From IMG/VR virus record IMGVR_UViG_3300044846_001842, positions 16,107 to 80,106 of that record: a stretch of DNA of 64,000 bases. One strand, written 5' to 3'. The notes beneath the pieces were generated by a model. The model was not told where the DNA came from and ran no database searches. It saw only the letters and a list, made by a program, of their open reading frames with translations. Of the stretch, positions 10,001-19,700 are shown piece after piece. The position numbers and the translations under genes were made by a program. The DNA is from a virus. The first letter of the stretch is position 1. Each line of letters begins with the position of its first letter.

Positions 10001-12583
10001 ATTCCTGGGGTAGGTATAGCAGGTTCTATAGCTTTAGGTACTTTAGCTGCAAGTCTTGTAGGAGTAGCTACTGCTTTAGTTCTTTCTGGTATTGAACAAA
10101 ATGCTTGGGCTAAGGCTTATGGTAGATTGTACAATGAAGGCTTAAGAGAAACTGTTACAGACAGTTTCATACTGTATGACAAAGATACAGTTTCAGGGCA
10201 TGAAAGAGGATTCTATAAAAATCCTGAAGATGATGATTTACAATGGTTAGGAGAATGTGGTAACTTTTGGTTTGAGTCTTCGGTAAATATGGGATTAAGA
10301 CATGGAGCATCAGATAATACTCCTGATTTTTTAAATGCTCCTGGAGCTGGAGAACCTGGTACTAGTCTAGTAGAATGGGAATGGGAGAATTATGGAATTA
10401 GATCTGTAGGTTCAGGAACAAAAGATGTATTACCTACAAATACTTTAGATACACACATGGTTGAAAAACTTTCTAGCTTTGACATAGAGAGAGAAAGTTT
10501 GAGAAGTTATTTAGGTATACCTGCTGCAGAAATGTATCTTTTAAATCCTGATTACACTAGAAGAAACAAACAAAAGTCTTTTTTCCATTTAGGATTAGAA
10601 TATGATTGTTGTACAGATTGTGTTGAAAGTTTTCCTCATAGATTTCACTGGTCAGAACAAGCTTTTCAAGAAGAGCTTACTGATAACTTTAGAATGTTTT
10701 TACCTAATAACTACAAAGACCTTGAAGGAGAAACAGGAAGAATCACAGACATATTTAGAATTCAGAATGCTCTTTATGTACACACTGAAGAAGGTTTGTG
10801 GCAATGCCCTCAAACTTTTCAAGAAAGGGTAACTTCTGATATTATTTCCTTTATAGGTACAGGAGAATATTTCTCTGTTCCTCCTAGAAAGATTGTAGAT
10901 GATAATAACTCTTCTGCAGGTAATAAACATAAATGGGCTAGACTTAAAACTAAGTATGGAATTTTATTTCCTTCTTACAAAGAAAAGAAATGGTATTTAT
11001 TTGATGGTCAGCAGTTAAATCCTATTTCTGATAGAGGAAACTATTCTTGGTTTTTACAAAATATGGATTTTAAAATCTTAGATCAATACTATAGTGCTAA
11101 CCTTAAAGAGTATCCTTTTAATAACAATCCTTCTAATCACATAGGTATAGGTTATTTATCTACTTATGATACTGCTAAAGAAAGATTAATTATTACTAAA
11201 AAAGATTTTGAGATAACTAATCTTCCTACTTCAGATTTTGAAATTTGTAGTGATGGGAGTACTGTTACTATCTTTAATGATATTAGTCAAACTATAGCTG
11301 ACAGAGTAGATGATGGTTGGACTTATGTGGGAATAGAAGATTGTAGACTTAAGTTTATTAAACCTACTTCTTCTATCCAAGAAGTTGAAAGAGAAGTAGT
11401 TGTTTATGTTGAACCAACAGTTACTACAAGTTACTTAGATTCTGAATGTGATAATGTAATTTCTATAACTATTCCTTTTTCAGTAGAGTTTCCTTTACTT
11501 TATCCAGTTGTTTCTGCTGGTGTACAAATAACAAATTGTAGAAATGAAATAGAATTTACATCTCAATACTTTTTTGTAACTCCAGAGTCTAATTCATTTG
11601 TTTTAACTCTTTATGTAAATGATTGTGTTAATTTAGGAGAAGATAATGCTAATGTAATAAGTGGTCTTAGTTATAGTACAGGAGTTACACAGGATGGTCC
11701 CATAGTAATTACTTACTATGATGTAACTTGTGATCTTATCCCAGTTCTTACTAATGTTCCTGGGTATTACACTTTGTCTACTATAACAGTAGAGGTTGAA
11801 GTATTTGAAGACCTTGTAGAATATGAAGAAGGAGAAGAGTTTTCTTTTAACTCTGAAAATGTAATTGACCACAGTTGGACTATGTCTTATTCTCTTAAAA
11901 GACAAGAATGGAGAAGTTGGCATCCTTACCTTCCTCATTTTTACTTACAAGTACAAAACAGATTCTATTCTTGGAAAAATGGATTGACTCATTTATATAA
12001 ACATAACATTGAAGGTAGTTATCAAACTTTTTATAATATTCGTTATCCTTTTATTGTAGAGTTTGTAGATAATCCTAATCCTTTACTTAATAAAGTATGG
12101 AATAGTGTATTGTTCCAAAGTGAGGCTAAAAGATTTGACAGTTCAGAACAAGAATATTTTGATGTTAAAGATGTTACTTTTAATAAAGCCATTCTTTATA
12201 ATACCCATCAAACTACAGGAATGATAGACTTAACTCTTAAAGCAAACTCAAGTGTAAACTATTTAATGGATCAGACTAAGAACAGTGTTACAGGTTCTGT
12301 ACCTTTAGATAGAAATGAAAGAGATTGGACTTTTAATGCTTTCAGAGATTTAAGAGATAACTATAATGTACCTATGTTTATTAAAGATCCTACTCAATTA
12401 CAGAGTAATTATTACATAGATAAGATTGTAAATCCTGCTGCCATAGACCTTAATAAAGACTGGGCTGAACAAGAGAGTTTCAGAGATAAGTTTTTGGTTG
12501 TAAGGTTAATATTTGATACATTTGCTGATAAAAAACTTACTTTTAATTTTTCAGCTCTTGATAAAAACATATCTGAAAGATAA
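7088..12583 (+). CDS. Tail stabilisation / muzzle protein (P22 gp10-like)
   Basis: 1831 aa; GLNTD...ISNE start, beta-propeller-like repeats, WTMSYS...W.SWHPYLP near C-terminus. Confidence 0.75.
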   Translation: MAQDQEQRQEQNSVNTLGGLNTDSSLVNQPQGTTRFVMTGVDETKEGDLGFISNEESNLECYELPIGYIPIGQVYIGDETNLLFLVNRAGDSLLATIDKECNLTVVLSDADQTEKFGFTVDNQIDATFRLRRGCERTVYWVDPKPRLFVIDKPEEFQDTVTGDWDIAKFNLFRTYKSIPVVTDIEVVDGGGQLAPGSYNFSIRYLDQDFNPTEFITSTETIMIYNTSVIQNYRDIRGATKEVNQSYLNFTDSNKSIKISIDPASLDTSFPFYQFAITEANTGNGLISDTKYTQEISTRDSIFYYTGINFETQGSQEEITAYNQIIEKAQSIEQIENRLILGDVEGKQVNFCRLQKYASQISADLVTKEMFLSNIPLDEGNPKDPAAHFNGIGYMPGEIYSFGIVYIFEDNSLSPVFHIPGKGPTVSPSSIYVTGVPNVYGMERGLGNESNSSLDNSYIDNNTCGSDSYWGYDCEGLPLKDQPVRHHRFPVRNKYGLRFVEELTGDDIENELKSLSVTITGTDITVPSYCAPEGEQYYSSTCIPTFVDSISFDITYTDGQTQHYIEAVDLDNFATVEGSGPNESNVYFSYNSSPITSSVFELISIKETVGNTENTLTFSVSLSLGMNVYTAVSPHSGLTYQVRVNVSSFVTTEKQYVTDLYGIKFSNIKKPSLSDTNGQSIIGYYIVRNERTEQERTILDSALLAPTVKHKNYVSQGFIYPEFTALPSGAPDPKQGTFKRDIYGLIYPEHKFNNKVYSNFTTLLQQGEFETINTIKSFSKINDVADGTSYIGNRHKSNERDNDGWTLDIKTRDSHTKYNEKDDINIDYTQDVNDVFYLNALADKAIQDSAGVFQNVFNLAADNKVGIITLKENLTVAPNKIPYVYIYKENLNPYSNFRLDPYYKESKNPHYFTSGILPETCDIFNGDSYINPIRYTNSLFYMNRLRKRAGQTNAWNYIAAAALVIVAAALIFIPGVGIAGSIALGTLAASLVGVATALVLSGIEQNAWAKAYGRLYNEGLRETVTDSFILYDKDTVSGHERGFYKNPEDDDLQWLGECGNFWFESSVNMGLRHGASDNTPDFLNAPGAGEPGTSLVEWEWENYGIRSVGSGTKDVLPTNTLDTHMVEKLSSFDIERESLRSYLGIPAAEMYLLNPDYTRRNKQKSFFHLGLEYDCCTDCVESFPHRFHWSEQAFQEELTDNFRMFLPNNYKDLEGETGRITDIFRIQNALYVHTEEGLWQCPQTFQERVTSDIISFIGTGEYFSVPPRKIVDDNNSSAGNKHKWARLKTKYGILFPSYKEKKWYLFDGQQLNPISDRGNYSWFLQNMDFKILDQYYSANLKEYPFNNNPSNHIGIGYLSTYDTAKERLIITKKDFEITNLPTSDFEICSDGSTVTIFNDISQTIADRVDDGWTYVGIEDCRLKFIKPTSSIQEVEREVVVYVEPTVTTSYLDSECDNVISITIPFSVEFPLLYPVVSAGVQITNCRNEIEFTSQYFFVTPESNSFVLTLYVNDCVNLGEDNANVISGLSYSTGVTQDGPIVITYYDVTCDLIPVLTNVPGYYTLSTITVEVEVFEDLVEYEEGEEFSFNSENVIDHSWTMSYSLKRQEWRSWHPYLPHFYLQVQNRFYSWKNGLTHLYKHNIEGSYQTFYNIRYPFIVEFVDNPNPLLNKVWNSVLFQSEAKRFDSSEQEYFDVKDVTFNKAILYNTHQTTGMIDLTLKANSSVNYLMDQTKNSVTGSVPLDRNERDWTFNAFRDLRDNYNVPMFIKDPTQLQSNYYIDKIVNPAAIDLNKDWAEQESFRDKFLVVRLIFDTFADKKLTFNFSALDKNISER
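12493..12524 (+). promoter_or_regulatory. Bacteroidota sigma70-type promoter upstream of cargo genes
   Basis: TTTG (12493-96), 20-nt spacer, TACATTTG (12517-24). Confidence 0.5.
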
Positions 12584-12645
12584 AGCTTAACCTTTAATAA
12601 ACTAAAGTAAGACATTAAAATCTAAAAATTAATACAAAAGGAACT

Positions 12646-14571
12646 ATGAAATCAAAAATGAATTTCAGAAAAAAATATGCTGCTGGTACTAATTTAGGTG
12701 GTATGGGAACTCCTGGTCAAATAACTTCTCCTAATGAGACTTTAAATGATTACAACATTATGTTAGCTAAAGCTAGTTCTGAAGCTATGAGTAATCCTTG
12801 GTTACCTGTAGTATCTCTTATTGGAGGTCTTGCTCAACAAACTGTAGGAGGTCTTGCAGGTAAATTAGGTAAAAAATCTAATAGTAATACTCCTAATAGT
12901 ACTAATACTAATGATATTAATGCTTCTTTAGGGGTAGGTGTTCAAGCTGCTATGGGTATGAATAATGTTCAACAAAATGTAGAAGTTGAAGGGGGAGAAA
13001 TGTATGAAACACCACAAGGACAAGTAGGAGAATTTCAAGGGCCTACCCATGAAGAAGGAGGTATTCCATTAGAAGTAGGACAAGATGTAGAAGAAGGAAC
13101 TAAAGTGTATTCTGATAGACTTAAAATAGGGAAGAAAACTCTTGCTGAAAGAAAAGCTACAAGAGAAAGACAAAAAGCTAATCTTGAAAAACAAGCTACT
13201 CAACCTAATATAGACCAAGCTCTTAAGAATGCACTTCAAAGAAAGATGGCAGCTCTTCAACAAGAAGAAGACATGGATTTACAATTCCAAGGTCAGGTTG
13301 ATGAAATGCAACAAATGGCAGATATGGCAGTACAAGCTTTTGCTTATGGTACAAGCATGGAAGGTATTCAAGATAACTCTATAGAAGAGTCTATGAGATA
13401 TGGTTATGGTACAAATGCAGAAGGAATTAAAAAATATAGCACTGGAACTACTATTAATGGTATTCAGTATGATAAAAATGGTAATCCTATTATAGGTTTT
13501 GTAGATGGTTTTGGGATGAATGTAGATCAAACAGAACAAAATTTGCAACCTCTACAAGCAGGCTCTAATTTTAAATTTGAGACTGTAGATATGCCTACTT
13601 TAGATTTAAAAGTGCCTAATGTTGCAAAAGATGCTTTAAACTCTTCAAAATTTAAAGACTCTTTTGCTTTAAAAAGTGCAGGAGATGCTTGGGCAAATAA
13701 AAAAGAAAATCAATTACCTACAGGAGTCATAGACCCTTCTGTACCTGACAGTATAGATTATCAATCAGAAAATTTCCCTAATTTTAACAAAGGGGTCACT
13801 AGCCAAGAAGAACAAAGACCTAGTAAATTTAATACAATCTTATCAAAGTTAGGAGAGAGCACTCCTGGTATAGGGGACTTGACCAAACTTGCAGGTAACT
13901 ATATGGGAATGACTGCAGGAACAAAAACTGCTTATGAGCAAAGAGCTTCTGATGTTACTCAGAAAAATACTTTTGCTAATGCAGGTAAAAAAGCTCAAGA
14001 ATTGTATGACCAAGCTTTAAAAAATCTTGAAGGACAAAAAGCCCAAGCTTTACTTAAAAGTACTACTCAACAAAGAACTGCTCAAAGATCAGGTAGAAAT
14101 AGTGCTAGAGGTATTAATCAAGTGAGAGCTATTGATTGGTTATATAATAGTGCTGCAACTACTGCAGCTAATGATATTGTAAATAATACTCAAGGACAGA
14201 TTGCTCAGATATTCCAAGCAAAAGCAGGGGCTTCTATGAATGCAGATCAAATGGTAGGTACTGGAGAATACCAAGCTAATATGGCTAACATGGCTAGTAA
14301 AGATGCCTTCTATACTGCATTAGGTCAAGGAAGGAAAGATTTTGCTACAGGTCTGCAACAGACAGGTAAAGATCTTAATGATATGAAAGAGAATAAGATT
14401 ATACAAAATCTTATGAAAAACTATGGTAAATGGGTTGGTGCAAGTAATACTGGGGAATTAATGAACAAAGCTGGTATTACTCAAGACTCTAAGACAAAAC
14501 AATATAAAGATGCTAGTGGTAAAATACTAACTGAAGAAGAAGTACAAGCTGTATTATTAAAAGTAAAATAA
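12646..14571 (+). CDS. Virion cargo / ejection protein
   Basis: NVEVEGGE...GPTHEEGGI motif, Q/A/G-rich helical C-terminal half; position between muzzle and RNAP. Confidence 0.6.
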   Translation: MKSKMNFRKKYAAGTNLGGMGTPGQITSPNETLNDYNIMLAKASSEAMSNPWLPVVSLIGGLAQQTVGGLAGKLGKKSNSNTPNSTNTNDINASLGVGVQAAMGMNNVQQNVEVEGGEMYETPQGQVGEFQGPTHEEGGIPLEVGQDVEEGTKVYSDRLKIGKKTLAERKATRERQKANLEKQATQPNIDQALKNALQRKMAALQQEEDMDLQFQGQVDEMQQMADMAVQAFAYGTSMEGIQDNSIEESMRYGYGTNAEGIKKYSTGTTINGIQYDKNGNPIIGFVDGFGMNVDQTEQNLQPLQAGSNFKFETVDMPTLDLKVPNVAKDALNSSKFKDSFALKSAGDAWANKKENQLPTGVIDPSVPDSIDYQSENFPNFNKGVTSQEEQRPSKFNTILSKLGESTPGIGDLTKLAGNYMGMTAGTKTAYEQRASDVTQKNTFANAGKKAQELYDQALKNLEGQKAQALLKSTTQQRTAQRSGRNSARGINQVRAIDWLYNSAATTAANDIVNNTQGQIAQIFQAKAGASMNADQMVGTGEYQANMANMASKDAFYTALGQGRKDFATGLQQTGKDLNDMKENKIIQNLMKNYGKWVGASNTGELMNKAGITQDSKTKQYKDASGKILTEEEVQAVLLKVK

Positions 14572-14577
14572 TAAATC

Positions 14578-16725
14578 ATGGGACAATTTTATAAAGGAAC
14601 AGAAGCTACATTTATTGATGATGCAATGTTTAAACTTCCTTATGAATTAATGGGAGTTGTCATTGACAAAAAAGATAAAGCTATAGATGATACTATTGGG
14701 CAATACCAAGGGTATTTAGATAAGCTAAAAGCTGATGTTTTAGAACAAGACTCTCCTGAATTAAGAGCCACTATAAAACAGTATCAAGATAAAATTGATA
14801 CTGCTGTGCAAGGCATTATGGCAAACCCTATGGACTATCAAAAGTTTACTCCAGGTATAACTACTCTTGCAAGAGATATATCAAACACTTGGAGTTCTAC
14901 AGGTAAAGTAGGAACTATGGAAGCTAATAAGAAAAAGGTTCTAGCTGAGTATGAAGCTATTGATAAACTCCATGAAAAAGATCCTAAAGCTTATGATGCT
15001 AATTATGTGACCTTAGAAAAACAAAAAATACTTTCTAAGTACAAAGGAGTTCAGTGGAATGAAGAAAAACAGAAAGCTGAAGGCACTCCTGATATAGCAT
15101 CTTCTTACTATGGTTTAGAGGTAGATGAGAAATGGTTAGCACACATGAAAGCTACAGGAGTAGAGACAGTACAAGATACACCAGGAGGACCATGGGTATA
15201 TAGACACAAAGATTCTAGAAAAACTTTAACTCCTTCAGAAATCCAAAATGCTTATATTACTTATGCTCAAACAGATACAGCAGCTCAAGCTGCTTTAGAA
15301 AGAAGAAAATCATTAGGAGATCCTGACTTTCAAGATGTAGGATTGAATTCTATTTATATGAAAGTTCCACAACTTGATGCACAAGGTAAGGGAGTTTATG
15401 AAAATGGGGAATTAAAAACTAAAACAGTTCTAAACCCTAATAACTTTTGGGCTAAAAGAATGTCTTTAGCATCTCAAGTTTACAAACAAAATGATACTAG
15501 TGTTGAAGATACTCTTTCTAATAATGAAGGGTACTGGAAACAATGGCAAAGAGGAAATGAATTAGAAGATAAAGCTAAAGAAAACATAACTGCAGAGACT
15601 GTAGATAGCACTCTTATTACTGCTAGAGATGCAACTGTTAAAGCTTTAGGAAGTAGTTGGACTGCTTCTACTCAAAAGGTAAATTCTACTGTAACTAATG
15701 CTTTAGAGATTGCAAAACAGTTAAAAATAACTGGGCCAGAATCTTTGAAACAAATAAAAAATGGTAACTTTACTGCTTTAAGAAAAGCTGGAGCTAATAA
15801 AGACGGAATGTCTGCAACTATAGATCAATTAGAGAAATCCTATAAAAGAGCAAATGCAGAAAAGCAACTTACTAATGCAAGTATTCAGGCTTTTAAAGCA
15901 ACTCTACCTGCTAACTTACAAAAGGTAATGGATAAACCAGGTTGGGATAATGATAAAGCTCTTTCAGATGCTTATTCACTTTACACTGAAAAAGCAAAAG
16001 CTGAAGGAAGATTTAATCAAAACAATGAAGAACTTCAGGTTACAAGTATGAATGGTATGGACATGGATAAAAATACTAAAGAATCTTTTAAAAAGGTTAT
16101 AGTAGATGACATGGACAAGTTCCAATTCAAATTAGATGAAAGTAAAATTTATGAATCTGCTAGTGGAACTAAATTAGTATTTAGTAAAGACCCATCTAAG
16201 ATAGGGAAAACAGGAACATATCAAGGACAAAATGTTACTTTTGTAAAGAATACAGGAATACACTCTTTATCAGAGTTGCAACAATTAGGGATTGTTTCTA
16301 AAGCAGTTGCTACAGTAAAAAGTGGAACAACAGCTAAACCTGTAGTTAAATACAGTTTCTTTGAAAATGGAAAAGAAGTAGGAATGGATGTAGCTGAAGA
16401 TACTTTTGGAGTAGTTAAAAACTTAGATAATAGTGGACAAGCTAATATGGGAGTTCATATTCAAATGGGTAAGAATACTTTAAGAGCAACTTTAGGAGTT
16501 AATCAAATAACAAGTCCTCAAGTACAAAATTGGTTTGCAGCTAATGATGATAATCTTTATTTAGAAAATCAAAGAACTAAAACTAACTGGGGAGTTATTG
16601 ATATGACTAAAAAGGATGGTGGACAAGTTTACAGAGCTAACAAAGGAAAGTATTCTATTAATGGAGTAGAAAGAACAGATGCTGCAAGTATTAAAATAAT
16701 TCAGCAAGCTGTAATGGGATTATAA
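14578..16725 (+). CDS. Virion cargo / ejection protein
   Basis: 715 aa, largely helical, between cargo gene and virion RNAP. Confidence 0.55.
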   Translation: MGQFYKGTEATFIDDAMFKLPYELMGVVIDKKDKAIDDTIGQYQGYLDKLKADVLEQDSPELRATIKQYQDKIDTAVQGIMANPMDYQKFTPGITTLARDISNTWSSTGKVGTMEANKKKVLAEYEAIDKLHEKDPKAYDANYVTLEKQKILSKYKGVQWNEEKQKAEGTPDIASSYYGLEVDEKWLAHMKATGVETVQDTPGGPWVYRHKDSRKTLTPSEIQNAYITYAQTDTAAQAALERRKSLGDPDFQDVGLNSIYMKVPQLDAQGKGVYENGELKTKTVLNPNNFWAKRMSLASQVYKQNDTSVEDTLSNNEGYWKQWQRGNELEDKAKENITAETVDSTLITARDATVKALGSSWTASTQKVNSTVTNALEIAKQLKITGPESLKQIKNGNFTALRKAGANKDGMSATIDQLEKSYKRANAEKQLTNASIQAFKATLPANLQKVMDKPGWDNDKALSDAYSLYTEKAKAEGRFNQNNEELQVTSMNGMDMDKNTKESFKKVIVDDMDKFQFKLDESKIYESASGTKLVFSKDPSKIGKTGTYQGQNVTFVKNTGIHSLSELQQLGIVSKAVATVKSGTTAKPVVKYSFFENGKEVGMDVAEDTFGVVKNLDNSGQANMGVHIQMGKNTLRATLGVNQITSPQVQNWFAANDDNLYLENQRTKTNWGVIDMTKKDGGQVYRANKGKYSINGVERTDAASIKIIQQAVMGL

Positions 16726-16746
16726 TAAAACTAAAAAGAAAGTAAA

Positions 16747-19700
16747 ATGACATTTCCATCAAGAAAAATTTTAACTAGATTTCAACAAATCCAACAGGAG
16801 GAAGCTAACAAAGATAAAGGTATCTCTTCTGCTACAGGTCAAGGACTAAGTTTTGATGAAATCAGATCTGTAGATACTTCTTTAAATAATAAAGATATTA
16901 GTACTATTTCTAAGTTTGTAGATAAAGGAGAAAGAGACTTAAGGGAATTCAATGCTTCTGAAGCAAGAAAAGAAATGGAGAAGCATGCTAAACAGCAAGC
17001 TATTGAAGGAGATAAACTTTACTCTACTTATGCCCAGCAAACTTCTTCTGAAGAAGCTATGTCTTTAATGGATGATAATAATAAGATAAAAAATCTTGAA
17101 GAAAAAAGTTGGGCTACTGCTTATAGTAGAAATGCTAAATTTTATGATGACAGTAAACCTTGGTATGAAAGTGTCAATGTAGCTGCACCTATTATAAAAG
17201 CAGCAGGTTTTCTTAGTGAAATTGCTAATGATTTATTTTCTGATAAAAAGATAGGTCTTTCTAAAAAAGAAACTCAAGAGTTAGCTAAGTTAAAAGAGCA
17301 GACTAGAGTAAAACTACAACCTACTTTAGACATTCTTAAAACACAGTATGACACTGAAAAGAAAAGACTTCAAGATTTAAAACTTAAAGCTCATATAGAA
17401 TTAGGTAAAAAAACAGGAGGGGGTGCTTATACAGGCAATATTACTACTGATGAAATAGATGACTTAACTACAGCTATTGCTAAATATGACAAATTAGGTA
17501 CTCAGTTAACTGATTATCAATCTGGTAAAGCTGGATTTTGGGATGGACTTGGTACACAAAAAGAAGATCTACTTACACTAGGTCTTTATTCATTAGGAGA
17601 AAATTTACATGTTGCTAGAATAAAAGATAAATCAGATAGAATTGAAAAAGATAAAGTAGCAAATTCTAAAAATCCTAGTTATGTACCTAAAGAAAAACTG
17701 ACTCCTTCTGAGTATGCTGTCTTAGAATCTGAAGGGTATACACAAGAGTTAGAAAGCAAAAATTTATTTGAAGGTAAGTTAGGATATACTTGGGGAGCTG
17801 GAGTTGGACAGTCTTTAGTTATGCTAGAGCAAACTGCAGCTACAGGAGGTTTTGGTGCTGCTGTTGAAAAAACTGTTGCTGAAAGTATTCTTTCAGGAAG
17901 TATGAACACTACTTTAAGAGAAGCTTGGCAACAAGGTGGTACTAAACTTATGTTATCTACTTTAGGAGCTAAAAGTGCTGGAGGTATAGCTAATGTTGCA
18001 GGTACTTCTGCTATAAGTCCTGGTGCTGCTAGTATGGCAGCTAAACATCATATTGGTAATATTGAATTTGTCACTGATGAAAAAGGTAAAAAGAAACTAT
18101 TAGTTGGGGAAGAAAGATACAACTATTACAAAAAAGACTTTGACAAAAGGGTAGACTTAGTAGGGTATGAAATTGAAAACCTTGAGAAAAAACAAAAAAG
18201 AACTGAAGCAGAAGAGCAAAAACTTCAAGGTTTAAAAGATGGATTAGAAAATTTAAAAGAAGAATTTGATACTTTATACAAACCTGAAAGCTGGGCTGAG
18301 TCAGGATGGTATGGTTTTACTGAAACTGCAAAAGAAAACTTTTCTGAAAAGTATGTTGGTGATGCTTTGCCAGGGGTGGCTAATAATATGCTTACTAGAA
18401 GAATTGCTAAAACTCAAGTAGGAGGAAAAATTGCAAAAGGAGCTACAGAGTTAGGAGAGAAGTTTTCTCAGTCTACAGCAGGAAAAGTTATTACAGCTCC
18501 TCTTAAAGGATATAATGCTGCAAGAAATGTAGTAAACAACTTGGCTTTAGGTAAGTTATCTAATGAAGCTATTGCTCATACAGGACAAGCTAGTCTTATT
18601 AGCAGTTTACCTGGAGAAATAGCTGAAGAGGTATGGAATCAATTTATGCCAACTTATAAACAAGATTATGCTGAGCAATTAGAAGAACTAAAGAATGCTT
18701 CTTTCTATAGAGATGTAGTTGCTCAAACTCTTATTATGGGTGGAGGTTTTGCTGGAGTAGGTATGGCTATGAGAGGCAGAAATTATCTTAGTGATAAAGC
18801 TAGATTGAAAGAAATGTATAAGAGTTTAGATGCTTCAATAACTGATGATGATGTAGCACAAAGCATTCTTATGAATACAGGAGGTACTTTGTACAGTCCT
18901 TTAGATTATGACCACAAAATAATGCAGTTAAGAAAACAAAATACTGCAGAGTCTCATAACCAAGCTAATAAAATGGAGCAAAACAAGTTTACAAACTTGG
19001 CTGCTATGGCTATTAGAACAGGTACAGTTGACAACTTTAAAAAGAGTTTAGAAGGAATTCTAAGTAAGAAAGATGTTAGTGATCAAACTAAACAGAATGT
19101 TGCTTTAGCTCAAGGTAGAATTGATAGTCTTATGGAAGTTTATGACAAACATTCTGAGAAAGATAACTTTGCAACTATCTTTGACCTATCTGAAAGAAAA
19201 CTTGCTAATGAGCAAACAGTAGGTTTAATTAATGAAAACCTAGCTAAACAAAAAGAAGGGGCTAAAGAAGAAGTTGATGCTTTTTTATTAAGAAATAACA
19301 TGTCTGTAGACTATGATATAGATCATTTACTAGATGCTGATTATAATGACCAAGGAAATAATCCAGAGTATGTTAGTTTTATTGAAGCTCTTAACAAAGA
19401 AAACTTAACTAGAGTTCAAACTTATGGGGCATTGCTTGTTGAAAAAGCTGGTTTTCAAATGGATAATGTAAATTTATTGAAAGAAATAAATGATCAAACT
19501 AGTCCATTGTATGAAGAAAGAGTTAAAATAAAACAAGGTATTAACCAAGTTTATGAAAAGACTTTAGAGAAATATCAAAAATCTATTTTGACTTCTGACA
19601 AAGCTGAATTCAATTACAACAATGAGTTGCAAGAGTCTCCAGAATTAGCTGAAGAAGTTATGGCTAAAGTCAAAGAGCAATACAAAGGAAGAGTTGATGC

